The notes: generated from the letters alone by a model not told the origin. Counted from the stretch's first letter, positions 26,887 to 38,650 are shown. The stretch: 64,000 bases of DNA from Kiritimatiellia bacterium (GCA_017450695.1 JAFSTA010000168.1:17826-81825), one strand, 5' to 3'. Numbers and translations: made by a program.

Positions 26887-28438
26887 ATGAAGCCTATCTC
26901 AAAAGACAATTGTGATTTTGCCTCTATCCGCACGGCTCAGACCCTCTATGTCGATAAGACCGCATGGTTCCATCGTCTTGCGACAGATCCGCAGGGGCAT
27001 TTCTTCTTCCTCGCACGCCCGCGAAGATTCGGCAAGTCGCTGATGATCTCCACGCTGGAGGCGATGTTCCAGGGCCGCCGGGAGCTTTTCGAGGGGCTCG
27101 CCATCATGGACACCGACTGGGACTGGAAGAAAACCTATCCCGTGATCCACCTCAACATGGGCATGTGCGCGGCCGGGGACTTCGAGACATTCCGGCAGAA
27201 CCTGCCCGACTGCATCGAGGCGGGCATTGCCGGGAGCGGCGTCAGGTACGACAGGAAGAAAACGCCTTCCGCCAATTTCGGACTGGCCATCGACAGGCTC
27301 GCCGCGAAGGGCGCGCCGCCGGTCATCCTCATCGACGAATACGACGACCCCGTGGCGCAGGCGCTGAAAAACCCCGAAGACGCGGAGAGGGTGCGCGATG
27401 CCCTCGCCCCCGTGTACCGCCAGATGAAGGACCGCTCCGGGAAGATCCGGTTCCTGATGATCACGGGCGTCTCGAAGTTCACCAAGCTCTCGGTCTTCTC
27501 GGCGCTGTCCTCGTTGGTCGATATCTCCTTCGACGACGCCTACGCCTCGATGCTCGGCTACACGGAGGAGGAGCTGGACCGTTACTTCCCCGAGCACATG
27601 GAGGCGCACCGCAAGGCGATGGGGATGACGGCGGAGGCATACCGCGCGGAAATCAGGCGCCTCTACAACGGCTACCGCTTTTGGCTATACGGGGGCGAGA
27701 AGGTTTACAACCCCGTATCCATCAACCTCACGATGGCGAACCGCGCCCCGGAGTTCGAGCTGTACTGGGCGGAGACAGGCAAGGCGTCGTTCCTGATGAA
27801 CATGCTCACGCGCGGAGACATGCTGGCTGTCGATCCCGAAAGACTCAAGGGCGTCACGAAAGCCGACCTGGACGTGTCGGACCTCAGACGGTTCCCGGTC
27901 GCGGGGATGCTGTACCAGACCGGTTACCTCACGATCGCCGGGTACAGGAACGGCCTCTTCGACCTGGGCGTCCCGGACGACGAGGTGCGGCAGGACCTCT
28001 CGGCGCTCATGTCCGGGCTTATCGCCGACAGGGACACCGCCTGGGCGTCCTCCCTCGGCGCCAAGCTTCTCATCACCGACTGGGACTCGTTCTTCGACGG
28101 GCTCGCGGCCCTCTACGCGGGCGCGGTCTATGGCCCGACGGAGGGGCGCCCGCATGAACTCTCCTACGCGCGCTGCCTGAAGTTCCTCCTGCAGGGCCAG
28201 GGGTTCCGCGTGGGCCAGGAGGTGGCGCACCGACATCGTGGCGGACCATCCCTGCGGCACCTACATCTTCGAGCTGAAGGTGGACAAGCCGCCGAAGGTC
28301 GCCATGTCGCAGATCCAGCGGAAGAAATATGCCGCTCCCTACCGGGCGTCGGGCAAGCCGGTGTGGGCGGTGGGCCTCTCCTTCGACGGAAAGACTCGCC
28401 AGTTCAAGGGCGGCGTCGCCGAGGCGGTGGGGCGCTGA
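26887..28438 (+). pseudogene. AAA-ATPase-like (PF09820-type) + PD-(D/E)XK (PDDEXK_9) protein, disrupted by a frameshift near 28225
   Basis: From ATG 26887 the sequence is MKPISKDNCDFASIRTAQTLYVDKTAWFHRLATDPQGHFFFLARPRRFGKSL..., the typical N-terminus of this family. The conserved C-terminal nuclease motif (DIVADHPCGTYIFELKVDK...QIQRKKYAAPY) lies in the +1 frame (track ORF 28238-28438). The original frame degenerates into Arg/Gly-rich sequence until 28455. Confidence 0.75.
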
Positions 28439-28449
28439 CGCCGCCAGCC

Positions 28450-28764
28450 GGGTAAGCTGGGTAAGCGTGTTAAGCTGGTTAAGCGCGTTAGGCTGGGTAA
28501 GCGTGTTAGGCTGGCTGGCGCGATCCATCCTACGCAAGGAGGACAGGCCAGTGTGCTCCTCCCGATTCGGGCAACGAGGACGTTGCCCCTCCCATTCTCC
28601 GCGTGAGGCAAAACAATTACTCGCGTGAAGCGAGAGTGTCGCTTCCCCGAAAGCCGACGGCGAGGGCGCCGTCGCTACGCAGCTGGCGCGAAACGCCGCC
28701 TTTCGTGGTCGTGCGAAGTGCCCTATGCCGTGTATTCCGTGGTATGCAAATTGTCCAACAAATG
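28450..28764. repeat. Mosaic intergenic repeat block (about 11-bp periodic GGGTAAGC/GTTAAGC words, modules B, A, E)
   Basis: 28450-28518 GGGTAAGCTGGGTAAGCGTGTTAAGCTGGTTAAGCGCGTTAGGCTGGGTAAGCGTGTTAGGCTGGCTGG. B (reverse) at 28627-28649, A (reverse) at 28645-28685, E at 28727-28762. Confidence 0.85.
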
Positions 28765-28881
28765 AATTTCGGTTTCGATCTTTTATTTTTTTGAATTTCG
28801 TTCTTGAAACTGGACGCGAAGTGTGAGAATCTAGTCATCACCCAAGAGATTCTTGGTATCTTTAATCTGAGGAGGATTCTC

Positions 28882-31800
28882 ATGAAAAATTATCTCAAAA
28901 ATCTGTCTGTTTTTTTGTTGACCGGTTCTGTATTGGCGGCGGGGTTCCTGTACGCGCAAGAAGAAGAGAAGGAAAAGCGAGTGTTCGATTTTTCCTCCTG
29001 TTATGTCCATTCCCCCAGTTCGGGGAATCCTTACTTCGAGGTGTCTTTTTCCGAGGAACCGTCTGTCGTCTCGTTGCGCGGAAAGATCGAGTTTTCGCCG
29101 GCGGTGAAAATCTCCTCGATCAAGTATCAAGGATATCGGTCGATTCGGGTGGACGGTGATTTTAAGCATGGCTCCACCTATGAGGTGTTGATTCGCCGCG
29201 GGGTTCTGTCGAAGGACCGGAAACTCTCGCTTCAGACGGATATCGTCAGGAGTTTCACGGTTTCGGACCGTTCGTGTGCGGTGGATATTGCCACGTCGGG
29301 GAAGTATCTCTCGCCGGACGGTGACATCAATATCCCGGTCGCATCGATGAACATCACGGGGATTACCGTCTCCGTGAGTCAGGTCCTGCCCCAGAACATG
29401 GTGCAGTTCGTTGCCCGCGAGACGGATTCCTATTCCGGATCGTTTTTCGGGAAAGCGAGCTCGGATCTCTCGGAGGACCTCAAGACCTTGCAGCTGCGCG
29501 TGAACGGCGAGAAAAACAAGGCTGCGGAATCGAATTTCTCATTGCGGTCTCTCATCGGGAAGCGTCGCGGCGTGTTTTATGTTCATTTGCAAGGATTATC
29601 CAATTCTTGCTATGACCCCAGTGACCAGCAGCTGGTCTGCGTTACCGATATCGGACTCGCAGCGGTCGTCGATCCGACCACCGTTTCCGTTTGGACCACC
29701 CACCTGTCAACCGGGAAACCGGCTCGTGGCGTCGCCCTGGAAATCTATTCCCTGAACAACAAGATGATCGGGCGCGGCATTTCCGATGAGGACGGTAAGG
29801 TTCGCATCCCCTTTGTCCCGGGGAACACCCCGTTCCTCGTCCTGGCGCGTGAAGAGACGGTTGAGGATCTTTCCTACCTGCCGCTCATTTCGGCTTTTGA
29901 TAAAACCAAGTCCAGTTTCAAAGGCGTCTCAGGAGAGTTTCTCAAATCGGGAGAACGCGAGGCGTTTCTCTTCTTTGACCGCGAGATTTACCGTCCCGGC
30001 GACAAGATTTACGTTCAGGCGCTGATCCGTGACAAGGAAGCCAAGGCGCCGGCTCCTTCTCCTCTGGTGCTGGAACTGGACTGTGACCGCGGCCCCCTGC
30101 TCCTTTCCAGGCAGTTCATGCCGGACGAGACGGGGTCGTTCGTGTTGCCCGACGGGTTCCAGTTGCCGGACGAGGTGCTTTCCGGTGCCTGTTATGCCCG
30201 CGTACGCCTGCCCGGCGAGTATGGGAAGGTGATCGGATCGAAAACCTTCCATATCGAGTCTTTCATGCCGCGCCAGATCAAGGTCGAGATTGAAGACCTG
30301 CCGAAAGAAATCACGTATCCGTATGGCGAGGGGGCGGATGCCGTGAGGATTGGCGCCGACTATCTCTTCGGTCAACCCGCCTCCGGGCTCTCGGCGGAAG
30401 CGCAGGTGATTTTCACTCCGGCGACTTTCAACCCGGAAGGATGGAAGGGATGGCAGTTCGACAATCCGGAACGGAAGTTCACCCAATCCATCAAGGACTT
30501 GGGCGAGGAGGAGACCCAGGATGACGGCGGCGCCTCCTTCACCTTGCCGGATCTGAAAGAACTCGGTATCTTGCCCGCGTCGGCGTTGAAGGGAACGATC
30601 CAGGCAACCGTGCTGGAGACGGGGGGGCGTCCCGTTTCCGCGCGCGCCGAAGCGTTGTTCCACATCTATCCGTTTTACATCGGGTTGAAGGCGGAGTCGT
30701 TCGAGTCGCGTCCCGGTGCGAAGAATATCCTTACCGCCGTGCTGGTTCGCCCGAACGGCGTGATGATGCGTGAGGAAACCCCGGCGCTCGTCACGCTCTC
30801 GTCCGTTTCGTACTATTACGGATACCAGAAGATGCCGGACGGAACCTATCGCTGGATTGATGAACGGCAGGTTCAGAAGATTTCGTCGTATCCGATTTCG
30901 CTCAAAGGCGCGACCCGGATCCCGTTCGAGGTGGCAAATGACGGTTCCTACCTGCTTTCCGTGCTGGTCGAGGAGCAAAACGTGGAGAACACGTACGCCT
31001 TCACGATCAGCGGAGACCACGATTTGGTCAACTCCTCCAAACGTTCCAAGCCGTCCGATCTGGAACTCACCCTCGACAAGGAGTCGTATCAAGCCGGCGA
31101 GACGGCCAAGTTGCTGGTCAAATCCCCGTTCCCCGGAACAGCGGAATTGACCCTCTATCGCGATTCCCTCCTCTCCCAGCGCGTGATCCGCATGGAGGGG
31201 ACTGCGACGACGATTCCCATCCCTGTCCAAAAGGAATGGTATCCCAACTTCTACGCCTCCGTTCGCGTGATTAATGTGGAGACGAATTCGCTCGGGTGGG
31301 AGGCGCGTCGCGCCAACGACACCATCAACATCCCGATCAAGCGTCCGGTGGACAAACTGGAGGTGACAGTCAAGCCAGCCGTGGAAATCATTCCGGGCGG
31401 TTCCCGCGTGACGGCGGACATCGCGGTCCAGTCGTTTTCCGCGAACGCCAAGCCGCGCGTCACAGTGGCGGTCGTCGATGAGGCGATCTGCCTGTTGACG
31501 GATGCCGTCTGCCCGGATCCCTGCGGGTATTTCGGGCGTTCACGCAATTCCGACATGACCGAGTACGACTTGTTCTCGCAGATTATGCTGGTTACGCCCA
31601 CGCCTCTGTCAGCGGCGGAGATCGGCGGCGATGACGGAGGAAATTCGTTGATCCGAGTCAGCCCCGTCAAGACGCGCCGCTACAAGCCGCTCGCGCTCTT
31701 CCAGGCGGAACTGCCCGTCGTGAACGGACTCGCCAAGCTGGACGTGAAGCTGCCCGAATTCGCGGGAGAGGTTCGCGTGACGGCGCTTGCCTGGACCGAA

Positions 31801-33642
31801 TCGGCGACTGGCGCGGCGGATGCGCATGCCAAGGTCAAGCCGAAGCTGGTTTGCCAGCCCGACGCCCCGCGCTTCCTCGCGGGCGGCGATCAGGCGGACC
31901 TGACGATCTCCCTCCACAACACGAGCGAGGCGGATTCGCCTGTCACCTACAAGGTTACCTACGGCGGACTGATGGAGAACCTGGCTTCACGTCAGGAGGA
32001 GATTACGCTGAAGAAGAAGGAATCCCGCGTGATCCGTTTGCCCATCTCCGCCCCGCAGAGCGGGTACGGGGAAGGGGAGATCCATGTCGAGACGACCGGG
32101 TGCGGAGAAAGCCACCGGCACACGATCTACATGCCGGTCCGTCCGCCGGTGCCGATGACGACCCGGTATGAGTTCACGAAACTCAAGGGCGGCGAGTCGA
32201 AAGAGTTCCTGCTTCCGAACGGGATTGTGACCAACGCGGTTCGCCAGCGGATTCTCTGCCACTCCTCCAGCTACTCCGAGTTCCTGCCCGCGTTGCAGTA
32301 CCTCCTGAACTATCCCTACGGGTGTCTGGAGCAGACGGTCTCCTCCGTCTTTCCGCTTCTCGCGGCGGATGGAATTCTCGCCGGACTGGGCAGCACGAAC
32401 GAGGCGCAGGTGGCGGAGGCCCATCACAAGGTGAACGAAGCGATTGACCGTGTCTGCCAGATGCGGAAAGATGATTCGTACTACAGGAGCTGGATTGGTT
32501 CTTCTTACACTTCGAAGGAAAACACGGTTTACGCCGGATACTTCATTTCGATGGCCTCTCAGGGCGATTGGAATCTTTCCACCCTATCCGTGCAGCAGAA
32601 CCAGGAGATTTTGACCAAGATTTCGGAAGACGCCAAGGTGGACGTGAACCTGCGCGCCTACGCCTGTCACGCCCTTGCGGTCGGACACTCCTTCCGCAAG
32701 CAGTTGATGTTGCATCTGCTGGACTACCAGAACAAGATGACGATGGCCGGAAGGTATCACCTCGCCATCGCGCTCGCCCTTTCCGGGAGACGCGACCTGT
32801 CGTTCGCGCTGATCCGGCGGCTCGGTGCGCCTGACTCGATCGAGACTGCGGCTTTCGGCATCTTGGCTTGGCTTGAGCTGGATGTCCCGGAGCGGGAGGA
32901 AAAGATCCAGGCGCTCTATCACGGGCTGGTTTCCTTCCGCGGTTCGGACGGGCACTGGGGGAATACCCAGCGGAACGGATTGGCCTTGCTGGCGATCGCC
33001 TCGCTCGCCCGCCGCGAAAAGGCGGGGAATCCGGGGCCGTTCTCGCTTCGCATCGTCCAGGCGGACGGAAAGACCCTTTGCAAGGGAATTTCCAAGAGGA
33101 CTTCCGTTTCGGCGGACAACACGGCGTTTACCGCGTACAACGATGGAACCGGTCCCGTCACGCTGGTGCGGACAACGGAGGCGTTCCCGCTTCTGAACTC
33201 GATGGAGGAGGTGGAAAACGGAATCCATGTCAAGCGGACCTACTACAAGACGGACTTGACAGAGGTGAAGGACGGGAAAGTTCAGCTCGGCGATCGCTTG
33301 CTCGTCAGGCTGGATGTCACGTTGCCGAAGGATTCGCAGCTTTCCACCGATGTAATCATCGATGAGTTGTTGCCATCCTGCTTGGAATACGAGCTGGCTC
33401 CGGACGATTTCTCGATTCCGACGTTCGACTACAGCTTGCTGTCGGAGTCTCTCGTCTCCGTGTTCACCCGTGACGACAGGATTTGCATCGTTCCGAATCT
33501 TTCGCGGACGAAGACGATCTGCTACGGCGTCCGCGTGATCAGTTCGGGGAATTTTGTCGTGCCTCCCGTCTCTGCGGAGTCCATGTACAACTCGCAGATT
33601 CGGTATCGCTCGCTGCCTTCCGCCCTGCACGTTTCGGAGTAA
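28882..33642 (+). CDS. Bacterial alpha-2-macroglobulin family protein (thioester-containing type)
   Basis: 1586 aa from ATG 28882 (RBS GAGGAGG at 28869-28875), with signal peptide MKNYLKNLSVFLLTGSVLAAGFLYA. The thioester-region motif YPYGCLEQT has CLEQ encoded at 32323-32334. Size and repeated beta-sandwich (MG-like) organisation fit the family. Confidence 0.88.
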   Translation: MKNYLKNLSVFLLTGSVLAAGFLYAQEEEKEKRVFDFSSCYVHSPSSGNPYFEVSFSEEPSVVSLRGKIEFSPAVKISSIKYQGYRSIRVDGDFKHGSTYEVLIRRGVLSKDRKLSLQTDIVRSFTVSDRSCAVDIATSGKYLSPDGDINIPVASMNITGITVSVSQVLPQNMVQFVARETDSYSGSFFGKASSDLSEDLKTLQLRVNGEKNKAAESNFSLRSLIGKRRGVFYVHLQGLSNSCYDPSDQQLVCVTDIGLAAVVDPTTVSVWTTHLSTGKPARGVALEIYSLNNKMIGRGISDEDGKVRIPFVPGNTPFLVLAREETVEDLSYLPLISAFDKTKSSFKGVSGEFLKSGEREAFLFFDREIYRPGDKIYVQALIRDKEAKAPAPSPLVLELDCDRGPLLLSRQFMPDETGSFVLPDGFQLPDEVLSGACYARVRLPGEYGKVIGSKTFHIESFMPRQIKVEIEDLPKEITYPYGEGADAVRIGADYLFGQPASGLSAEAQVIFTPATFNPEGWKGWQFDNPERKFTQSIKDLGEEETQDDGGASFTLPDLKELGILPASALKGTIQATVLETGGRPVSARAEALFHIYPFYIGLKAESFESRPGAKNILTAVLVRPNGVMMREETPALVTLSSVSYYYGYQKMPDGTYRWIDERQVQKISSYPISLKGATRIPFEVANDGSYLLSVLVEEQNVENTYAFTISGDHDLVNSSKRSKPSDLELTLDKESYQAGETAKLLVKSPFPGTAELTLYRDSLLSQRVIRMEGTATTIPIPVQKEWYPNFYASVRVINVETNSLGWEARRANDTINIPIKRPVDKLEVTVKPAVEIIPGGSRVTADIAVQSFSANAKPRVTVAVVDEAICLLTDAVCPDPCGYFGRSRNSDMTEYDLFSQIMLVTPTPLSAAEIGGDDGGNSLIRVSPVKTRRYKPLALFQAELPVVNGLAKLDVKLPEFAGEVRVTALAWTESATGAADAHAKVKPKLVCQPDAPRFLAGGDQADLTISLHNTSEADSPVTYKVTYGGLMENLASRQEEITLKKKESRVIRLPISAPQSGYGEGEIHVETTGCGESHRHTIYMPVRPPVPMTTRYEFTKLKGGESKEFLLPNGIVTNAVRQRILCHSSSYSEFLPALQYLLNYPYGCLEQTVSSVFPLLAADGILAGLGSTNEAQVAEAHHKVNEAIDRVCQMRKDDSYYRSWIGSSYTSKENTVYAGYFISMASQGDWNLSTLSVQQNQEILTKISEDAKVDVNLRAYACHALAVGHSFRKQLMLHLLDYQNKMTMAGRYHLAIALALSGRRDLSFALIRRLGAPDSIETAAFGILAWLELDVPEREEKIQALYHGLVSFRGSDGHWGNTQRNGLALLAIASLARREKAGNPGPFSLRIVQADGKTLCKGISKRTSVSADNTAFTAYNDGTGPVTLVRTTEAFPLLNSMEEVENGIHVKRTYYKTDLTEVKDGKVQLGDRLLVRLDVTLPKDSQLSTDVIIDELLPSCLEYELAPDDFSIPTFDYSLLSESLVSVFTRDDRICIVPNLSRTKTICYGVRVISSGNFVVPPVSAESMYNSQIRYRSLPSALHVSE

Positions 33643-33646
33643 CAAG

Positions 33647-35035
<1,389 letters not shown>

Positions 35036-35154
35036 GTGCGGACGCGGCGGGGACCGGGTGCGGGGGATTCTCGGTTCCCAGGCGTCTCAAACGAGGGGAC
35101 GACGAAAAGAAAAAATTGGGATTCGATAGTTCAAGAATCGAAAGGGGAAGGCGT

Positions 35155-36171
35155 ATGCGAAAACAGGCTCTTGGGTGGATTCTCAGTTGCTGGGTTGCCG
35201 TTGCCGGAATCGGTTTCGGCGATGAAGTCATTTTCAAGTGCGGGGACCGGTTGACCGGAACGGTCAAGACCGTGGCCGGCGGCAAGATGACGTTCAGCTC
35301 CAAAGTCGCCGGGACAGTTACGTTGAACCTGGCGGATATCAAGACCTTCACGACGGAAAAACCGATCGAGGTTGTCTTGAAGCAGGATGAGACGGAACCC
35401 GTCAAACAAACCGCGTCCGCCTCTACCGAGGAGGGACATGTCCTCATCGGCGATCAGACGGATGTGAAGATCGAGGACATCGCGAAGGTCAATCCGCCGG
35501 TTGTCAAATGGACAGGCAAGGTCACGGCGGGGGCATCCGTGGTCAAGGGGAACACCGATTCGGTCAGCGGGAACCTTGCCTTCGAGGCGTCGCGCCGTAC
35601 CGAACATTACCGGTCCAGCGGATGGGGAGCCTATTATTTCGAACGACAGAAAAACATTACCACCCATCAGGAACACACGACGACGGACAAGTTTTTCCTG
35701 AAAGGACAATTTGACTGGTTCTTCACGGAAAAGAACTACATCTACGGGAACCTGAAATTCGAAAAGGATCGTGTCGCGCTCTTGGAACGTCGTGTCCAGC
35801 CCGGCGCGGGCTTTGGACGCCAATGGATGGAAGGGGCGTTCCTCAATCTCCAGACGGAATTGGGCGTGACCTGGACGGATGAAAAATACCTCCAGGCGAC
35901 CGAGGCGAACCAGTACTTCTCCGGGCGATTCGCCTACCACGTCGATAAGACGTTTTGGTCGAAGGTCAAATGCTACCACAACTTCGAGTGGATACCTAGC
36001 GCCAAGGGATCGTATATGTACTTGATCAACGCCGATGTCGGACTGCAGGCGCCGATTACAGCCCGATTGTCATTTGATGCCAAAATCCAGACTGCGTACA
36101 ACAACGACCCCGCCGATGCCCGTTACCGTACCGACACCCGTTATCTCTGCGGTATCAGCTGGATTTTCTAG
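35155..36171 (+). CDS. DUF481-family outer-membrane beta-barrel protein (YdiY-like)
   Basis: Start ATG 35155 with a signal peptide. N-terminal DEVIFKCGDRLTGTVKTVAGGKMTF is typical of DUF481, followed by alternating beta-strand-like sequence that ends in an aromatic residue (...ISWIF). Confidence 0.7.
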   Translation: MRKQALGWILSCWVAVAGIGFGDEVIFKCGDRLTGTVKTVAGGKMTFSSKVAGTVTLNLADIKTFTTEKPIEVVLKQDETEPVKQTASASTEEGHVLIGDQTDVKIEDIAKVNPPVVKWTGKVTAGASVVKGNTDSVSGNLAFEASRRTEHYRSSGWGAYYFERQKNITTHQEHTTTDKFFLKGQFDWFFTEKNYIYGNLKFEKDRVALLERRVQPGAGFGRQWMEGAFLNLQTELGVTWTDEKYLQATEANQYFSGRFAYHVDKTFWSKVKCYHNFEWIPSAKGSYMYLINADVGLQAPITARLSFDAKIQTAYNNDPADARYRTDTRYLCGISWIF

Positions 36172-36178
36172 GACGGGG

Positions 36179-36425
36179 CAGATAAGTGGCGGCTCCGCCG
36201 CCTAAGTGGGGCTGACGCCCCTAAGTTAGTAGCGAAGCGGTCGCTGGGGTTCGTCTCGGCCTAACCTGTCAACGTATAGGCAAGCCTAGAGGGGAAAATG
36301 AAATCGCGTCGCTTGAAATGGTTAAATGGTTAAATTGACGAGACACAGAAATGCGGAGCGGATCAGGCAGATTTAAAGCCTCCGAAGGAGGCGATTTAAC
36401 CATTGAACCATTGAACCATCCAAAG
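36179..36425. repeat. Mosaic intergenic repeat block (hairpin array + D long-inverted-repeat element)
   Basis: 36179-36245 reads CAGATAAGT-[GGCGG CTC CGCC]-TAAGT-[GGGGC TGAC GCCCC]-TAAGT... The D element at 36291-36425 is about 85% identical by eye to 12181-12312. Confidence 0.85.
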
Positions 36426-36560
36426 CCGTAAACGAGATTGGCGGGAGGATGGGAAAATGGTAGAATGCGGGCGTGTTGCGTTGGTGGAGGGACGCCTTGT
36501 GTCTGGTTTCCGCAACGTGTGTCAACCACGGTGATTTCGCTGAAACACAAAGGAGGTGCT

Positions 36561-38372
36561 ATGGGAAAGGGGATTTCGATGATTTCGGTTTTTGCGGCGG
36601 GTATAATTGGCGCGTCGGCCATGCTGTGTGCAGCGGCAGACGCCAAGAACGGCGACGGTCTCGACGTGTTGCCGTCGGAGGCGCATCTTCGGTATCAGGC
36701 CAGGGAGATCATGGCGCTCGTACACTGGGGGTTGAATCCGTACACCGGGCAGGAGTGGGGATTCGGGAACGTGCCGGTCGCGAAGATGACTGCGGCGAAG
36801 CTCGATCCCGCGCAGTGGGTACGCGCCATGAAGGCTGCGGAAATCAAGAGCGTGGTGCTGGTGGCGAAACACCATGACGGATTCTGTCTCTGGCCGTCGA
36901 AGCACAATCAGGAGTATTCGATGGCGGCAGTGCCCGCGCCGAACACGGGACGCGATCTGGTGCGCGAGATGTCCGAGGCTTGCCGCAAGGAAGGACTGAA
37001 GTTCGGTGTCTATCTCTCCCCGTGGGATCGGCACCAGGCGTCCTACGCGACACCTGCCTATGTAGATTACTTCTTCGCGCAGTGGAACGATCTTCTCGAT
37101 AACTACGGTGAGATCAGCGAAATCTGGCTCGATGGCGCGAACGGCGGTACCGGCTGGTACGGTGGCGCGAATGGCGACAAGGGGGAGCGTCGGACGATTC
37201 CGAAGGACTACTACCGGCTTCCGCGACTCTTGCAAATCCTGCACGAGAAACATCCGCTTGCCGTGGCGTTCGGGGGCGGCGGGGACTGGTCATCGGCCTG
37301 GTGCGGAAACGAACGCGGAGTCAGTCCAGAAACCTGGTGGTGTCCGCGTATGGGCGCCGGAGGAAAGAAGCGCTGGCTGCCGCCGGAAGCGGACTTCCCG
37401 CTCCGGGGCGGTTGGTTCTTTCACGGGAACGAAAAACCGAAGTCGCTTGCGCGGCTGGTGAAGATTTATTTCGAGTCCGTCGGACGCGGCGCCGTCATGA
37501 ACATCGGCATCGCGCCGGACACCGACGGGCAGGTGAGCGCGGATGATGTGAAACGGCTCGCCGAGTTCGGCGAATGGGTACGGGAATTCAACGCCACCGA
37601 TCTCGCGAGGGATGCGAAAGTCACCGAGAAGCGTGACGGGAACAGGTTGACGGTCGAACTCGCACTTCCCGTGGCAACGGAGTTCAATTGCGTGGACATC
37701 CGGGAGGAGATTGCGAAGGGACAGCGCGTTTCCTCGTTCGCCGTGGAAGTCTCCGGCGCCGACGGCTGGCGCAACATCGCGCACGGCACGACGGTAGGAC
37801 ACCGTCGTCTCGCCCGTTTCTCCACCGTGAAGAGCGACGGCGTCCGCGTCACGCTGGAGGGAGTTGCCCCACCGCAGCTACTGCCGCCGATTGCCGTGCG
37901 GTGCGCCAAGGAGGTGCAGGGGAACGACGTGCCGGCGATCGACACGTACGACAAGGTTGGCTGGAAGATCGTGGCGGAGAGTTGCCTCGCGACGCGCAAC
38001 GCACGAAGCGCCATCGACGGCAACTATTCCTCGCTTTGGCACACGCACCCGTTGAAACCCGGACCTCAGCCGCCACCCCAAAGCTTCACGACCGATTGCG
38101 GAAAGGAACTGCTGATGCACGGTTTTGACTATGTGCCGCGTCTCGACGGATGCAAGCACGGCATGGTTGATGGCTACGAATTCCACGTCTCTCCGGACGG
38201 TCAAAACTGGACGCTTGCGGCTTCCGGGGAATTCGGCAACCTCGACGCCAATCCCATCAAGCAGCGTGTCACCTTCGCGAACCCGCAGAAGGCCCGCTTC
38301 TTCCGCTTCACCGCAACGCACTCGCTCGGCAAGAACGATCACGCCGCATTGGCCGAGATCGATGTGTGGTGA
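36561..38372 (+). CDS. Alpha-L-fucosidase (GH29) with C-terminal F5/8 type C (discoidin) domain
   Basis: Start ATG 36561 (RBS AGGAGG at 36551-36556) with a signal peptide. GH29 core VAKHHDGFCLWPSKHN and GVYLSPWDRH. The C-terminal AIDGNYSSLWHT...FFRFTATHS matches the F5/8-C pattern. Confidence 0.85.
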   Translation: MGKGISMISVFAAGIIGASAMLCAAADAKNGDGLDVLPSEAHLRYQAREIMALVHWGLNPYTGQEWGFGNVPVAKMTAAKLDPAQWVRAMKAAEIKSVVLVAKHHDGFCLWPSKHNQEYSMAAVPAPNTGRDLVREMSEACRKEGLKFGVYLSPWDRHQASYATPAYVDYFFAQWNDLLDNYGEISEIWLDGANGGTGWYGGANGDKGERRTIPKDYYRLPRLLQILHEKHPLAVAFGGGGDWSSAWCGNERGVSPETWWCPRMGAGGKKRWLPPEADFPLRGGWFFHGNEKPKSLARLVKIYFESVGRGAVMNIGIAPDTDGQVSADDVKRLAEFGEWVREFNATDLARDAKVTEKRDGNRLTVELALPVATEFNCVDIREEIAKGQRVSSFAVEVSGADGWRNIAHGTTVGHRRLARFSTVKSDGVRVTLEGVAPPQLLPPIAVRCAKEVQGNDVPAIDTYDKVGWKIVAESCLATRNARSAIDGNYSSLWHTHPLKPGPQPPPQSFTTDCGKELLMHGFDYVPRLDGCKHGMVDGYEFHVSPDGQNWTLAASGEFGNLDANPIKQRVTFANPQKARFFRFTATHSLGKNDHAALAEIDVW

Positions 38373-38580
38373 GGCGGCTGACGCCGCCAGCTGAGAAGCC
38401 GTGGCGGCTGACGCCGCCAGCTGAGAAGCTGAAAAGCTGAGAAGCAGATAAGTGGCCATGCGGGCCTAAATGGGGCTGGCCCCCCTAAGAGGCGCTACGC
38501 GCCAGTTCTGAGTTCTAAGGTCAGAGCTTTGTGCGGGACGCGCCCCGTCGCGACCGCAATACTTAACCCGCTTACCCGGC
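38373..38580. repeat. Mosaic intergenic repeat block (30-bp-period duplicated hairpin+GCTGAGAAG unit, hairpin array, module C, GCTTACCC words)
   Basis: GGCGGCTGACGCCGCCAGCTGAGAAGC occurs at 38373-38399 and again at 38403-38429. CAGATAAGT-hairpin-TAAAT-hairpin-CTAAGA-hairpin lies at 38444-38495. Module C at 38533-38563. ACTTAACCCGCTTACCCGG at 38561-38579. Confidence 0.85.
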
Positions 38581-38592
38581 CTATCTCTAGGC

Positions 38593-38621
38593 TTGACCTT
38601 TGGGCGAAAAAAAGGTTTACT
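38593..38621 (+). promoter_or_regulatory. Candidate sigma70-type promoter upstream of grpE-dnaJ-rsmE
   Basis: TTGACC (38593-38598), a 17-nt spacer, then TTTACT (38616-38621); alternatively TACTAT at 38618-38623. It lies about 30 nt upstream of the grpE ATG. Confidence 0.3.
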
Positions 38622-38650
38622 ATTCGCCCGCTTTGAAAGGAGATAAAGTG

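Noticed and set aside
26560-28455. The 631-aa track ORF taken at face value as one intact protein. Similar upstream run-ons occur at 28804, 33554, 35032, 36438, 41925, 48380, 50711, 18041-20155, 17433-18191, 14268-15473 and 59194-59994
   Set aside because: The N-terminal extensions cross repeat-filled spacers or neighbouring genes, lack an RBS and have non-protein-like composition. Internal ATGs preceded by GGAGG-type sites give N-termini that match the family or a signal peptide. For 26560-28455 the C-terminal 70 residues are out-of-frame junk.
38373-38650. CIRCE/HrcA operator or sigma32 promoter upstream of grpE
   Set aside because: Visual scanning of both strands found no TTAGCACTC-N9-GAGTGCTAA-like inverted repeat and no CTTGAA-N13-15-CCCCAT pattern. 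Only a sigma70-like match was found.
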